64,000 nucleotides of DNA from the NCBI GenBank assembly GCA_964016885.1, contig OZ024742.1, forward strand, positions 364,870,001 to 364,934,000. The letters are read 5' to 3'. Source of the DNA: Eledone cirrhosa. Taxonomy: Eukaryota. This document shows, in pieces, positions 15,001 to 29,208 of this stretch. Each line of letters opens with the position of its first letter. Within the stretch, counting starts at the first letter, position 1. The notes beneath the pieces were generated by a model. That model searched no databases. It had not been told where the DNA came from and saw nothing but the letters and a program-made list of their open reading frames with translations. The position numbers were made by a program, and so were the translations under genes.

Positions 15001-18000
15001 ATTATATATCGGGAGAGAGAATTATATACTGGGAGAGAGAATTATATGTTGGTAGAGAGAATTATATATTGGTAGAGAGTATTATATACTGAGAGAGAGA
15101 ATTATATACTGGGAGAGATAATTATATATATGTAGAGAGTATTATATACTATGAGAGAGAATTATATACTGGTAGAGAGAATTATATATCGGTAGAGAGT
15201 ATTATATATTGGGAGAGAGAATTATATACTGGGGGAGAGTATTATATATTGGTAGAGAATATTATATATTGGGAGAGAGAATTATATATTGGCAGAGAAA
15301 ATTATATATTGGTATAAAGAAATATATACGGGTAGAGAGAATTATATATTGGTAGAGAGAATGATATACTGTTAGACAGAATTATATATTGGCAGACATA
15401 ATTATATATTGGTAGAGAGTATTATATATTGGGAGAGAGAATTATATATTGGTAGAGAGAAGTTTATAAGCTGGGAGATGAGAATTATATATTGGTAGAG
15501 AGTATTATATACTGGGAGAGAGAATTATATAATGGGAGATAGAATTATATAATGGGGAGAGAATTATATATTGGTAGACAGAAGTATGTACTGGCAGACA
15601 GAATTATATGCTGGTAGAGAGAATTATATATTTGGTAGAGAGGATTATATATTGGTAGAGAGAATTATATACTGGGACAGAGAATTATATATTGGTAGAG
15701 AGAATTATATATTGGGAGAGAGGACTATATATTGGTAGAGAGAATTATATATTTGGGAAGAGAATTATATATTGCTAGAGAGAATTATATATTGGTAGAG
15801 AGAATTATATACTGGGAGAGAGAATTATATATTGGTAGAGAGAATTATATTTTCGGAGAGAGAATTATATATTGGGGGAGAGAACTATATATTGGTAGAG
15901 AGAATTATATACCGGGAGAGAGAATTATATATTGGTAGACAGAATTATATATTTGGAGAGAGAATTATATATTTGTAGAGACTATTATATATTGGTAGAC
16001 AGAAGTATGTACAGGTAGACAGAATTATATGCTGGTAGAGAGAATTATATATTGGTAGAGAGAATTATATACTGGGAGAGAGAATTATATATTGGTAGAG
16101 AGAATTATATATTGGTAGAGAGAACTATATATTGGTAGAGAGAATTATATATTGAGGGAGAGAATTATATATTGGCAGAGAGAATTATATATTGGTAGAG
16201 AGAATTATATACTGGGAGAGAGAATTATATACTGGTAGAGAGAATTATATTTTGGGAGAGAGAATTATATATTTGGGAGACAGAACTATATATTGGTAGA
16301 GAGAATTATATACTGGGAGAGAGAATTATATATTGGCAGACAGAATTATATATTGGTAGAGAGAATTATATATTGGTAGAGAGTATTATATATTTGTAGA
16401 CAGAAGTATGTACTGGTAGACAGAATTATATGCTGGTAGAGAGAATTATATATTGGTAGAGAGGATATATATTGGTATAGAGAATTATATACTGGGAGAG
16501 AGAATTATATATTGGTAGAGGGAATTGTATATTGGTAGAGAGAATTATATACTAGGAGAGAGAATTATATATTGGTAGAAAGTATTATATATTGGTAGAG
16601 AGAATTATATATTGGTAGAGAGAATTATATATTGGGAGAGAGAATTATATACTGGTAGAGAGAATTATATATTCGTAGAGAATATTATATATTGGTAGAG
16701 AGAATTATATATTGGCAGAGAGAATTATATATTGGTAGAGATAATTATATACTGGGAGAGAGAACTATATACTGGGAGAGAGAATTATATACTGGGAGAG
16801 AGAATTATATATTGGTAGAGAGAATTATATATTGGGAGAGAGAATAATATACTGGGAGAGAGAATTATATATTGGTAGAGAGAATTATATATTGGGAGAG
16901 AGCACTATATACTGGGAGAGAGAATTATATATTGGGAGAGAGAATTATATATTGGGAGAGGGAATTATATACTAGGAGAGACAACTATATACTGGGAGAG
17001 AGAATTATATATTGGGAGAGAGAATTATATACTGGGAGAGGGAATTCTATGCTGGAAGAGAGAATTATATATCGGTAGAGAGAATTATATACTGGTAAAG
17101 AGAATTATATATTGGTAGAGACAATTATATACTGGGAGAGAGAATTAAATATTGGGAGAGAGAATTATATACTGGGAGAGAGAATTATATACTGGGATAG
17201 AAAATGATATATTGGTAGAGAGTATTATATACTGGGAGAGAGAATTATATATTGGTAGAGAGAATTATATATTGGTAAAGAGAATTGTATACTGGGAGAG
17301 AGAATTATATATTGGTAGAGAATATTATATACTGTGACAGAGAACTATATATTGGTAGAGAGAATTATATACTTTTAGAGAGATTTATATACTGGGAGAG
17401 GGAACTATATATTGGGAGAGAGAAATATATATTAGTAGAGAGAATTATATATTGGTAGAGAGTATTATATACTGGGAGAGAGAATTATATAATGGGAGAT
17501 AGAATTATAAAATGGGGAGAGAATTATATATTGGTAGACAGAAGTATGTACTGGTAGACAGAATTATATCCTGGTAGAGAGAATTATATATTGGTAGAGA
17601 GGATTATATATTGGTAGAGAGAATTATATACTGGGGCAGAGAATTATATATTGGTAGAGAGAATTATATACTGGGAGAGAGAATTATATATTGGTAGAGA
17701 GAATTATATTTTCGGAGAGAGAATTATATATTGGTGGAGAGAACTATATATTGGTAGAGAGAATTATATACCGGGAGAGAGAATTATATATTGGTAGACA
17801 GAATTATATATTGGGAGAGATAATTATATATTGGTAGAGAGTATATATTGGGATAGAGAATTATATACTGGTAGACAGAATTATATATTGGGAGAGAGAA
17901 ATATATACTGGTAGAGAGAATTATATATTGGTAGAAGAGAGTATTATATATTGTGAGAGAGAATTATATACTGGGAAAGAGAATTATATATTGGTAGAGA

Positions 18001-21000
18001 GAATTATATATTAGTAGAGAGTATTATATACTGAATGAGAGAATAATACTGGGAGAGATAATTATATGTTGGTAGAGAGAATTATATATTGGGATAGAGA
18101 ATTATATATTGGTAGAGAGAATTATATATTGGTAGAGAGAATTATATACTGGGAGTGAGAATTATATATTGCTAGAGAGAATGATATACTGGGAGAGAGA
18201 ATTATATACTGGGAGAGAGAATTATATAGTGGGAGAGAGAATTATATATTGGTAGAGAGAATTATATTTTTGGAGAGAGAATTATATAGTGGGAGAGAGA
18301 ATTATATATTGGTAGACAGATTTATATATTAGGAGAGAGAATTATATATTGGTAGAGAGAATTATATATAGATAGAGAGAATTAGATATTGGTAGAGAGA
18401 ATTATATACTGGGAGAGAGAATTATATATTGGGAGAGAGAACTATATACTGGGAGAGAGAATTATATATTGGGAGAGAGAATTATATATTGGGAGAGGGA
18501 ATTATATACTAGGAGAGACAACTATATACTGGGAGAGAGAATTATATATTGGGAGAGAGAATTATATACTGGGAGAGGGAATTCTATGCTGGAAGAGAGA
18601 ATTATATATTGGTAGAGAGAATTATATACTGGTAAAGAGAATTATATATTGGTAGAGACAATTATATACTGGGAGAGAGAATTAAATATTGGGAGAGAGA
18701 ATTATATACTGGGAGAGAGAATTATATACTGGGATAGAAAATGATATATTGGTAGAGAGTATTATATACTGGGAGAGAGAATTATATATTGGTAGAGAGA
18801 ATTATATATTGGTAAAGAGAATTGTATACTGGGAGAGAGAATTATATATTGGTAGAGAATATTATATACTGTGACAGAGAACTATATATTGGTAGAGAGA
18901 ATTATATACTTTTAGAGAGATTTATATACTGGGAGAGGGAACTATATATTGGGAGAGAGAAATATATATTAGTAGAGAGAATTATATATTGGTAGAGAGT
19001 ATTATATACTGGGAGAGAGAATTATATAATGGGAGATAGAATTATAAAATGGGGAGAGAATTATATATTGGTAGACAGAAGTATGTACTGGTAGACAGAA
19101 TTATATCCTGGTAGAGAGAATTATATATTGGTAGAGAGGATTATATATTGGTAGAGAGAATTATATACTGGGGCAGAGAATTATATATTGGTAGAGAGAA
19201 TTATATACTGGGAGAGAGAATTATATATTGGTAGAGAGAATTATATTTTCGGAGAGAGAATTATATATTGGTGGAGAGAACTATATATTGGTAGAGAGAA
19301 TTATATACCGGGAGAGAGAATTATATATTGGTAGACAGAATTATATATTGGGAGAGATAATTATATATTGGTAGAGAGTATATATTGGGATAGAGAATTA
19401 TATACTGGTAGACAGAATTATATATTGGGAGAGAGAAATATATACTGGTAGAGAGAATTATATATTGGTAGAAGAGAGTATTATATATTGTGAGAGAGAA
19501 TTATATACTGGGAAAGAGAATTATATATTGGTAGAGAGAATTATATATTAGTAGAGAGTATTATATACTGAATGAGAGAATAATACTGGGAGAGATAATT
19601 ATATGTTGGTAGAGAGAATTATATATTGGGATAGAGAATTATATATTGGTAGAGAGAATTATATATTGGTAGAGAGAATTATATACTGGGAGTGAGAATT
19701 ATATATTGCTAGAGAGAATGATATACTGGGAGAGAGAATTATATACTGGGAGAGAGAATTATATAGTGGGAGAGAGAATTATATATTGGTAGAGAGAATT
19801 ATATTTTTGGAGAGAGAATTATATAGTGGGAGAGAGAATTATATATTGGTAGACAGATTTATATATTAGGAGAGAGAATTATATATTGGTAGAGAGAATT
19901 ATATATAGATAGAGAGAATTAGATATTGGTAGAGAGAATTATATACTGGGAGAGAGAATTATATATTGGTAGAGAGACTTATATACTGGGAGACAGAATT
20001 ATATACTGGGAGAGAGAATTATATATTGGTAGAGAGAATTATATATTGGTAGAGAGAATTATATATTGGTAGAGAGAATTATATACTGGGAGAGAGAATT
20101 ATATATTGGTAGAGAGAATTATATATTGGGAGAGAGAATTATATACTGGGGGAAAGAATTATATACTGGGAGAGAGAATTATATATTGGGGGAGAGAATT
20201 ATATACTGGTAGAGAGAATTATATATTGGTAGAGAGAATTATATACTGGGAGAGAGAATTATATATTGGTAGAGAGAATTATATATTGGCAGAGAGAACT
20301 ATATACTGGGAGAGAGAATTATATATTGGTAGAGAGAATTATATATTGGGAGAGAGAATTATATATTGGTAGAGAGAATTATATACTGGGAGAGAGAATT
20401 ATATATTGGTAGAGAGAATTATATATTGGTAGAGAGAATTATATAGTGGGAGAGAGAATTATATATTGGTAGAGAGAAATATATATTGATAGAGAGAATT
20501 ATATATTTGTAGAGAGATTTATATATTGGTACAGAGAATTATATACTGGGAGAGAGAATTATATATTGGTAGAGAGAATTATATATTGGTAAAGAGAATT
20601 ATATACTGGGAGAGAGAATTATATATTGGTAGAGAGAATTATATATTGTTAGAGAATATTATATACTTGGAGAGAGAACTATATATTGGTAGAGGGTATT
20701 ATATACTGCTAGAGAGAATTATATACTGGGAGAGAGAATTATGTACTAGGAGAGAGAATTATATATTGGGAGAGAGAATTATATCTTGGTAGATAGAATT
20801 ATATATTGGTAGAGAGAAATATATACTGGCAGAGAGAATGATATATTGGGAGAGAGAATTATATATTGGGAGAGTGAATTATATATTGGTAGAGAGTATA
20901 TATTGGGAGAGAGAATTATATACTGGTAGACAGAATTATATTTTGGGATATAGAAATATATACTGGTAGAGAGAATTATATATTGGTAGAGAGTATTATA

Positions 21001-22762
21001 TATTGTGAGAGAGAATTATATACTGGGAGAGAGAATTATATATTGGTAGAGAGAATTATATATTGGTAGAGAGTATTATATACTGACAGAGAGAATTATA
21101 TTCTGGGAGAGATAGTTATATATTGGTAGAGGGAATTATATATTGTGAGAGAGAATTATATATTGGTAGAGAGAATTATATACTGGGAGAGAGAATTATA
21201 TACTGGGAGAGAGAATGATATACTGGGAGAGAGAATTATATACTGGTAGAAAGAATTATATACTGGGAGAGAGAATTATATATTGGTAGAGAGAATTAAA
21301 TATTGGTAGAGAGTATTATATACTGGGAGAGAGAATTATATATTGCTAGAAAGAAGTATATATTGGTAGTGAGAATTATATATTGGTAGAGAGAATTATA
21401 TACTGGTAGAGAGAATTATATACCGCGAGAGAGAATTATATAATGGTAGAGAGAATTATATACTGGGAGAGAGAATTATATACTGGTAGAGAGAATTAGT
21501 TATTGGGAGAGAGAATTCTATACTTTGAGAGAGAATTATATATTGGTAGAGAGAATTATATATTGGTAGAGAGTATTATATATTGGTAAAGAGAATTATA
21601 TATTGGTAGAGAGAATTATATATTGGTAGAGAGAATTATATACCGGAAGAGAGAATTATATACTGGTAGAGAGAATTATTTATTGATAGAGAGTATTATA
21701 TATTGGTAGAGAGACTTATATATTGGCAGAGAGAATTATATACTGGTAGAAAGTATAGTATACTGGTAGAGATAATTATATATTGGTATAGAGAGAATTA
21801 TATATTGGTAGAGAGAATTATGTATTGGGAGAGAGAATTATATACTGGGAGAGAGAATTATATAATGGGAGATAGAATTATATATTGGAAGAGAGAATTA
21901 TATGCTGGTAGAAAGAAAAATATATTGGCAGAGAGAATTATATATTGGTAGAGAGAATTATATATTGGTAGAGAGAATTATATACTGGGAGAGAGAATTA
22001 TATATTGGTAGAGAGAATTATATACTGGCAGACTGAATTATATATTGGTAGAGAGAATTATATACTGGGAGAGAGAATTATATACTGGGAGAAAGAATTT
22101 TATATTAGTAGAGAATTATATATTGGTAGAGAGAATTATATATTGGTAGAGAGAATTATATACTGGGAGAGAGAATTATATATTGGTAGAGAGAATTATA
22201 TACTGGAAGAGAGTATTATATATTGGTAGTGAGAATTATATACTGGGAGAGAGAATTATATATTGGTAGAGAGAATTATATATTAGTAGAGAGAATTATA
22301 TACTGGGAGAGAGTATTATATATTGGTAGAGAGAATTATATATTTTTAGAGAGAATTACATTTTGGTAGAGAGAATTATATACTGGTAGAGAGAATTATA
22401 TATTGAGAGTGAGAATTATATACTGGTAGAGAGAATTATATACTGGGAGAGAGAATTATATACTGGGAGAGAGAGTTATATATTGGTAGAGAGAATTATA
22501 TACTCGGAGAGAGAATTATATATTGGTAGACATAATTATATACTGGGAGGGAGAATTATATATTGGCAGAGAGAATTATATACTGGTAGAGAGAATTGGA
22601 TATCGGTAGAGAGAATTATATACTGGTAGACATAATTATATACTGGGAGAGAGAATTATATATTGGGAGAGAGAATTGGATATTGGTATAGAGAATTATA
22701 TACTGGTAGACATAATTATATACTGGGAGAGAGAATTATATATTGGGAGAGAGAGTTATATT
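1..22762 (+). repeat. 20-bp tandem satellite (consensus TTATATA[T/C]TGG[T/G]AGAGAGAA) with higher-order repeat structure; extends beyond the window start
   Basis: Uninterrupted 20-bp periodicity. Variant blocks recur at +10288 bp (ORFs 1188/11476, 3185/13473, 4224/14512), with local 1260-bp (10216/11476) and 1537-bp (17152/18689) duplications. Confidence 0.98.
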
Positions 22763-22850
22763 TTCCGCCGTTTTAGTTGAGATGAAGTCGGCCTATGAAT
22801 CATGATGAAAGTATTTTGGGTGTCAGAGCGCGTATTTTCAATTCCGTGAA

Positions 22851-22907
<57 letters not shown>

Positions 22908-22910
<3 letters not shown>

Positions 22911-23467
22911 CACCAGATAAAATATATACCATTTCCTCTTAAATAATCTCTCTTAGGTTGAGATACAATTTTGGCTGTATTGTGCTGCGCTTTCTAGCAA
23001 AAGGCCACCAGCCGTAAGCAACTAATCACATTCTTTCTAACCTGAGCGCTGCTACGTCACGATTCTTAGACATTTTTAAATGTATTCTTGGCGCAATCAC
23101 TTTGGAAAATTTATTGTCTAAATTTGAGCTAACTTCCTGAAGAGTCCGGTGCTCTCGATGTCCAATGCTATCGGATATCTTAAAATGCGGATGAAACCAT
23201 GGTAAAGGTCACTAAATATGTTCACTTTTCTCCTAGTTTATGTTACACCTAATTCTGTTTAGTTGACTGTATATCTGAGCGATTTATACACGCTGGCGAA
23301 ATATTCGATAAATACTCCGTCGCAACCGACGCGAAGGCCTGCATTCGGTTATTTGTCGGAGATTTCTTCATAGAAGCCTTTATTCTTATAGCTTGGTCTA
23401 ATCGATTTTTTATATGGTTAATTATGCTAATTGGGAGAGGAAATGGTATATATTTTATCTGGTGATT
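22908..23467 (+). mobile_element. Non-coding cassette with ~32-bp terminal inverted repeats and an internal HHR motif (Penelope pLTR-like relic)
   Basis: AATCACCAGATAAAATATATACCATTTCCTCT at ~22908 is the reverse complement of AGAGGAAATGGTATATATTTTATCTGGTGATT at ~23436; lies between (TA)n tracts. Confidence 0.6.
23132..23209 (+). ncRNA. Type I hammerhead ribozyme motif (near-canonical)
   Basis: CTGAAGA(23137)-GTCCG...CGGAT-GAAA-CCATGG(palindromic stem III)-TA; stem I ACTT/AGGT with a mismatch next to the core; extra hairpin GATGTCC/GGATATC in stem II. Confidence 0.65.
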
Positions 23468-23559
23468 CTATAGACATGTTTTATGATATATGGCTCTGAT
23501 TATTTAATTTATTAACTCTTCATTGTGCCACAAAGTGACCGGTTGCAAAACACACACAC

Positions 23560-24125
<566 letters not shown>

Positions 24126-24261
24126 TTCAATGGCCCATCTCCATCATCCAATTATGATACAAGACAAGACGATGTCATCAGGTAATTTCGACAGAATTGC
24201 ATAAAAGAATTACTTTGACATTTAGGAATAGATACATACACACACACACATATATATGTAC

Positions 24262-24321
<60 letters not shown>

Positions 24322-24483
24322 AATTCCTATGAGATTTAAAAGATTGTACCTACCTGCTGTTCGTCGCAGAATAGTGGCAGTATATGATTCATTGTTATTT
24401 GGTTCTGTAGTGATACCTGCAACGAGTACCAGAGGAAGTACTTAGAAATTGATACATATATTCACACATATACATACATTAAC

Positions 24484-24540
<57 letters not shown>

Positions 24541-24836
24541 CATATATAGTTTTACATAGAGAGGTTGAAAACCGTTGGAAGATAATGTATAAATTAAAAG
24601 AATTTGAAAATTAACGAAGAGAAAAATAATGTAAACTTAAGGTTTCTCCTCCTTCCTCATTATACTCCTCCCTCTCCACTTTTTACTCTCATCTCCTCCT
24701 CTTTTTCATCCTTCCGCCCCCCTCAAAATAAAATATTTTTCCCAATATCACACATCAATCTAAAACTACTTTTCATATGTTGATTTAAAACTGCACTATC
24801 CACAAGTGTTTTTTTAACCTTCATATCATATCTTCC

Positions 24837-24907
24837 TGTTTTATCTGATGAAAACACAAATATTATTGCATGATGATATTTGTTTTTGAAATGCGCATAA
24901 TAAAATA
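24837..24907 (+). ncRNA. Type I hammerhead ribozyme motif (intact)
   Basis: Stem I TGTTTTAT/ATAAAATA; CTGATGA(24845); long stem II AAAC-ACAAATATTAT/ATGATATTTGT-TTTT; GAAA; palindromic TGCGCA; cleavage triplet AUA. Confidence 0.85.
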
Positions 24908-25030
24908 CATGGAACTCTTTTAACCATCTTTTGTTCTTATATATTATGTATACTCCAGTCCTACAAACTGTAGAGTGCTTATTATCCGATATCTGCATTG
25001 CTTTATTGTACTACAATAAAACTCACCTCC

Positions 25031-25219
<189 letters not shown>

Positions 25220-25711
25220 CTAAATATCATGTGAAATGGCTTCAAATATAAACAAACGTTTCATACCTATGAGGGTGTATGTATTAACTCTTGCAAATTA
25301 AATTCGTAATTCTCTCATGACTAATTAACGATGGCTTTGCAATCAATATTTAATTAATGAGGAAGAAATTGGGAAGAATTATATACAAATATCGTCCAGG
25401 CAGGTGCTGAGGAAAGGAAAATATATTTAGTGTGAACGTATGTCTATACCAAAACATATATGATGAGGATACACTGTTTAAATATAGACACGGCCTGGTG
25501 ATCAGACTCAAAGTCAAGTATTTTAATCATCTTACACGAGGATTTGTAAATAACGACTTTCATCTCACTGCGAATAGCGAACCGCTTTTACAGATGGTTT
25601 ATATTTGAGAGAGAGAGAGAGATGTAGCGAGCTTTTAAATGTTGATAAACACACACACACACACACACACATACACACACACACACACATATATATATCT
25701 ATATATGTATA

Positions 25712-25911
25712 TATATAACAAAGGAATATTGGTAAGGAACCAGATGGACCATAACGCACCAGAGTACTCAATAATGAGGGTAGTAGAGTGGGAAATAGGA
25801 AAAAGTATGACCCCGACGGCAGAGCTCAAGCCGTTTCTACAACTATTTCTGGTCCAGAAATAGCCGTCGAAACGGCTTGAGCTCTGCCGTCGGGGTCATA
25901 CTTTGTCCTAT
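25712..25911 (-). mobile_element. ~140-bp dispersed repeat (family H140), minus copy folded back into a partial plus copy
   Basis: Homologous to 46081-46219 and 55354-55493; palindrome centred at ~25852 (TTTCTGG-T-CCAGAAA); contains the HHR 3' half GAAACGGC-ttgagctct-GCCGTC. Confidence 0.8.
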
Positions 25912-25930
25912 GTATATACATATATATATG

Positions 25931-26252
25931 TATTGCGTACTTCCGTAGAAAAGGTAAAGGAAAGAAGAGTGCTCTATGTATAGTACAGAGCTATTTAATT
26001 ATGTAATAAACAACACAATATAATTATTCCATTACCCAAGGTTTCGCGAAGTCAGACGATTCTGACAAAAACGACTGATATCGCTCATCATATGATTTTT
26101 TTTCTATTCACATCCAGATCACAACTTCCTGTCAACCATGGAAATAAAGGTTTCATCTGATGAGAAATATCAGACATTTCTCTCAGAATCTTCTAACTTC
26201 GCGAAATCTTGGGAAATGGAATAATTATATTGTGTTGTTTGTTACATAATTA
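25931..26252. mobile_element. Foldback cassette with a decayed HHR on each arm; same family as 33941-34216
   Basis: Minus arm ~26027-26095: ATGATGA-GCGA..TCGC-GAAAC-CTTGG-GTA-ATGG. Plus arm 26152-26221: CTGATGA..TCGC-GAAAT-CTTGG-GAA-ATGG. Tail shared with 34130-34216. Confidence 0.75.
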
Positions 26253-26259
26253 TATATAC

Positions 26260-26339
<80 letters not shown>

Positions 26340-26341
<2 letters not shown>

Positions 26342-27413
26342 TGGTTCATGGTGAAAGGCTAAGGGTCGTTGGCAGTTTTGTATATCTTGGAAGCACTCTG
26401 AGTATGTCCAGCGATCTTGATAGGTAAATATCAAACAGGATACAGAAAGCCAGTGATGCTTTTAGAAAACTGAACAAGCGTCTCTGGTCTCAACACTGAA
26501 TTTCGGTAAAGACAAAGCTGAAAGTGTATCATGCGTGTGTGCTCGCGGCACTTCTTTATACTTGTGAGACGTGTGTGGTATACCGTAAACAGATGAAGCA
26601 ACTTGAGAGCACTCACCAGTACAGCTTACGTCGGATCCTCGGCATAACTTGGCAAATGTTTGTCAGTGACGTCGAGTTTCTGGACAGAAGTGGCTCTGAT
26701 AGTATCGAGTCCTTGATTTTGAAACATCAGCTGCGCTGGACAGGCCATCTTGTAAGGATGAATGACAAGCGAATACCGAAGCAGCTGCTTTATGGCGAGC
26801 TCCCAATTGGAAAAAGGAACGCGAGCAAACCCAAGATGCGTTTTAAGGACTGCATCAAGGGGGCGCTCAAGAAATTTAACATCCCTTGTGAGCACTGGGA
26901 AGCATGCGCTAGCGAGCGATCACATTGGAGGAAAGCAGTGGCTAGGGGAAAGTGTCTATTTGAGGAAACAAGAAGAAGGCACGCGACACTAAAAAGAGAT
27001 GTCCGGAAAGGAATCCATGTTGGCCTTCTCGAAGGCAGGGACAGATGGCCTGTCCTGACATGTGAGACCTGTAATAGGGTTTGTTTGAGCATGGCAGGCC
27101 TAAAGAGTCACCTGAGAGTGCACAAGAACAGGGAAGCAGGCACCTGTGGAGCTATAAGTGTTCATCAGACGACGACATGTAAGGTTTGTGGAAGGGTATG
27201 CAGGTCCAGTAGTGATCTCACACGACACCTTGGGTCACATGGTGCCATGGGCCCAGCACTACGTGTTAATAATTGTCACAAGTGTAGTGTTTGTACCAGA
27301 GTTTTCAAGTCGCTGGCTGGACTAAAAAGTCACACTCGTTCAGCGCATCGGTAGGGGTTCTCCTACATGGATATAAAGTAGTGGCCGTACTCGAAAACGA
27401 GTTGGCAGCCACC
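26340..27413 (+). mobile_element. 5'-truncated RTE-clade LINE (3' part of the ORF), flanked by (TA)n
   Basis: Translates to GSFVYLGSTLS...RIQKASDAF...TKLKVYHACVLAALLY..LRRILGITWQ..QLRWTGHLVRM..RIPKQLLYGEL..RFKDCIK, the typical post-RT region of RTE elements. Confidence 0.9.
26524..27354 (+). pseudogene. RTE ORF C-terminal fragment ending in three C2H2 zinc fingers
   Basis: CETC-x12-HLRVH, CKVC-x12-HLGSH, CSVC-x12-HTRSAH; stops and a frameshift upstream, no RT core. Confidence 0.85.
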
Positions 27414-27453
<40 letters not shown>

Positions 27454-27468
27454 GTGTATATGTATATG

Positions 27469-27537
<69 letters not shown>

Positions 27538-27721
27538 GTGTATATGTATATATATATATATATATATATGTTTATATACATATATATATATGTATATATA
27601 CATATATATATATGTATATATACATATATATATGTATATATATATATATATATGTATTTATATATGTATATATATATGTGTATTTATATATGTATATATA
27701 TATATATATATACATATACAC

Positions 27722-27770
<49 letters not shown>

Positions 27771-27924
27771 CAAACCAAATTGACCGGTCAATTACATTTA
27801 CATACATCTATATTCTTATATATTTGAAACCAGGTGTTTACCAACTTGTGAGTACATTTTCCTTTAACTACAAATTATTATATACTTTCATCTTTTCATT
27901 AATTTAATTAATTTCAAATAACCA

Positions 27925-27960
<36 letters not shown>

Positions 27961-28067
27961 TCATATTTATATATATACTCTTCTCACTCACACACAAGAA
28001 AAACAAACAAAAAAAAAATATATATATATTGAAATACTTAACTAAAACACACACACTCAAAACTAGA

Positions 28068-29200
28068 ATGGCTAACCAGCAAAAATCCAAACAGAACTGG
28101 TCTGATAATGAAATCGACATTCTAATAAACACATGGCATTGCCTTACCCAAACAGAAGACATAGATGCTTCATGTCTGAACGACATTGCTAAACGTACAG
28201 TTCACCTTTTGAAAACCCGATCTGAACAACAGATTCAAAATAAATTAAAGCAAATCGAAGTTGCTTTTAAATTAATCAATAAACATTTGGATAAACTACG
28301 GTGTGTTTTTTCTTCGGATGCTGTCCAGCAGCAGCAACAACAACAACAGCAGCAACAACGGCAACAACAACAACAGCTACAACAACAACAGCAATAACAA
28401 CAACGACAACAACAACAACAGTGTGAACCACTCCTTGATTCATCAACAATGGCCGATCTACTAAATGAAACTATTGACATCCCAGTAGCCTCTGTCTCAC
28501 AGCAGGAAACGTCACTTCCTTTCTCTGCCCCAGCAGTCCAATCATCACCACTGCCAACATCTTCTCTGCCTACTACTACTACTACTACTACAACATCTTT
28601 GCCTACTGCTATCTCAAGGAATTTACCTTCTAATACCGTACAAGAACTCTCCCTCCCACAGCCCACAAAGGTCGTCAAATCCTACTCAAACCATCATCTA
28701 CACCTCTCACAAGACACACACACACATACACACCCACTTGAAACCCCATCATTTGCCGCTACTCTCTACGCTATAGAATATGTACGGATAGTGGCTGCAA
28801 ATTCATCCATTTACCTAGGACAAAACGGTCTATCCCCACAAACAGCCACCACCATAATACATACTCTAATTTAACACCAACACAACCACCAATAACTCAA
28901 ACAAGGAATCCACAAATCTGCCGCTTTTCCCTGCGAGACAGATTGTGTTTAAACCGGGATTGTCCCTTTACCCATCTCCCGGGGACCCGTCGGACAAATG
29001 AAAATTAAAATAAAAATAAAAATAAAAGCAAAAACAAAAACCATAACCTACATAAAAATAACCACTACCACAGTCACCAACAGTCTCCTAAACAGGAAAC
29101 TTCTTCCTCTTTTTTAGACATAATGAATCTGGCAAAAGAACTGGAAAAAAACATTCGAGCTATCACCCAGCACCACCCTCCACTATCACCCCACTGCACA
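28068..29200 (+). pseudogene. LINE ORF1 remnant: Myb/SANT(trihelix)-like N-terminus, polyQ, Ser/Thr/Pro linker, CCCH zinc finger
   Basis: NWSDNEIDILINTW...RSEQQIQNKLKQI; (CAA/CAG)n; CRFSLRDRLCLNRDCPFTH (C-x8-C-x4-C-x3-H) at 28919-28975; interrupted by stops. Confidence 0.65.
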
Positions 29201-29208
29201 AACTCCCA

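Noticed and set aside
108-22229. Repetitive 'ERIIYWERELYIGRENYIL' ORFs
   Set aside because: Translations of the 20-bp satellite; they start at TTG, occur in all frames and carry no gene signal.
28235-28678. Cys/Val-rich minus-strand ORF
   Set aside because: Antisense of the CAA and ACT repeats in LINE ORF1.
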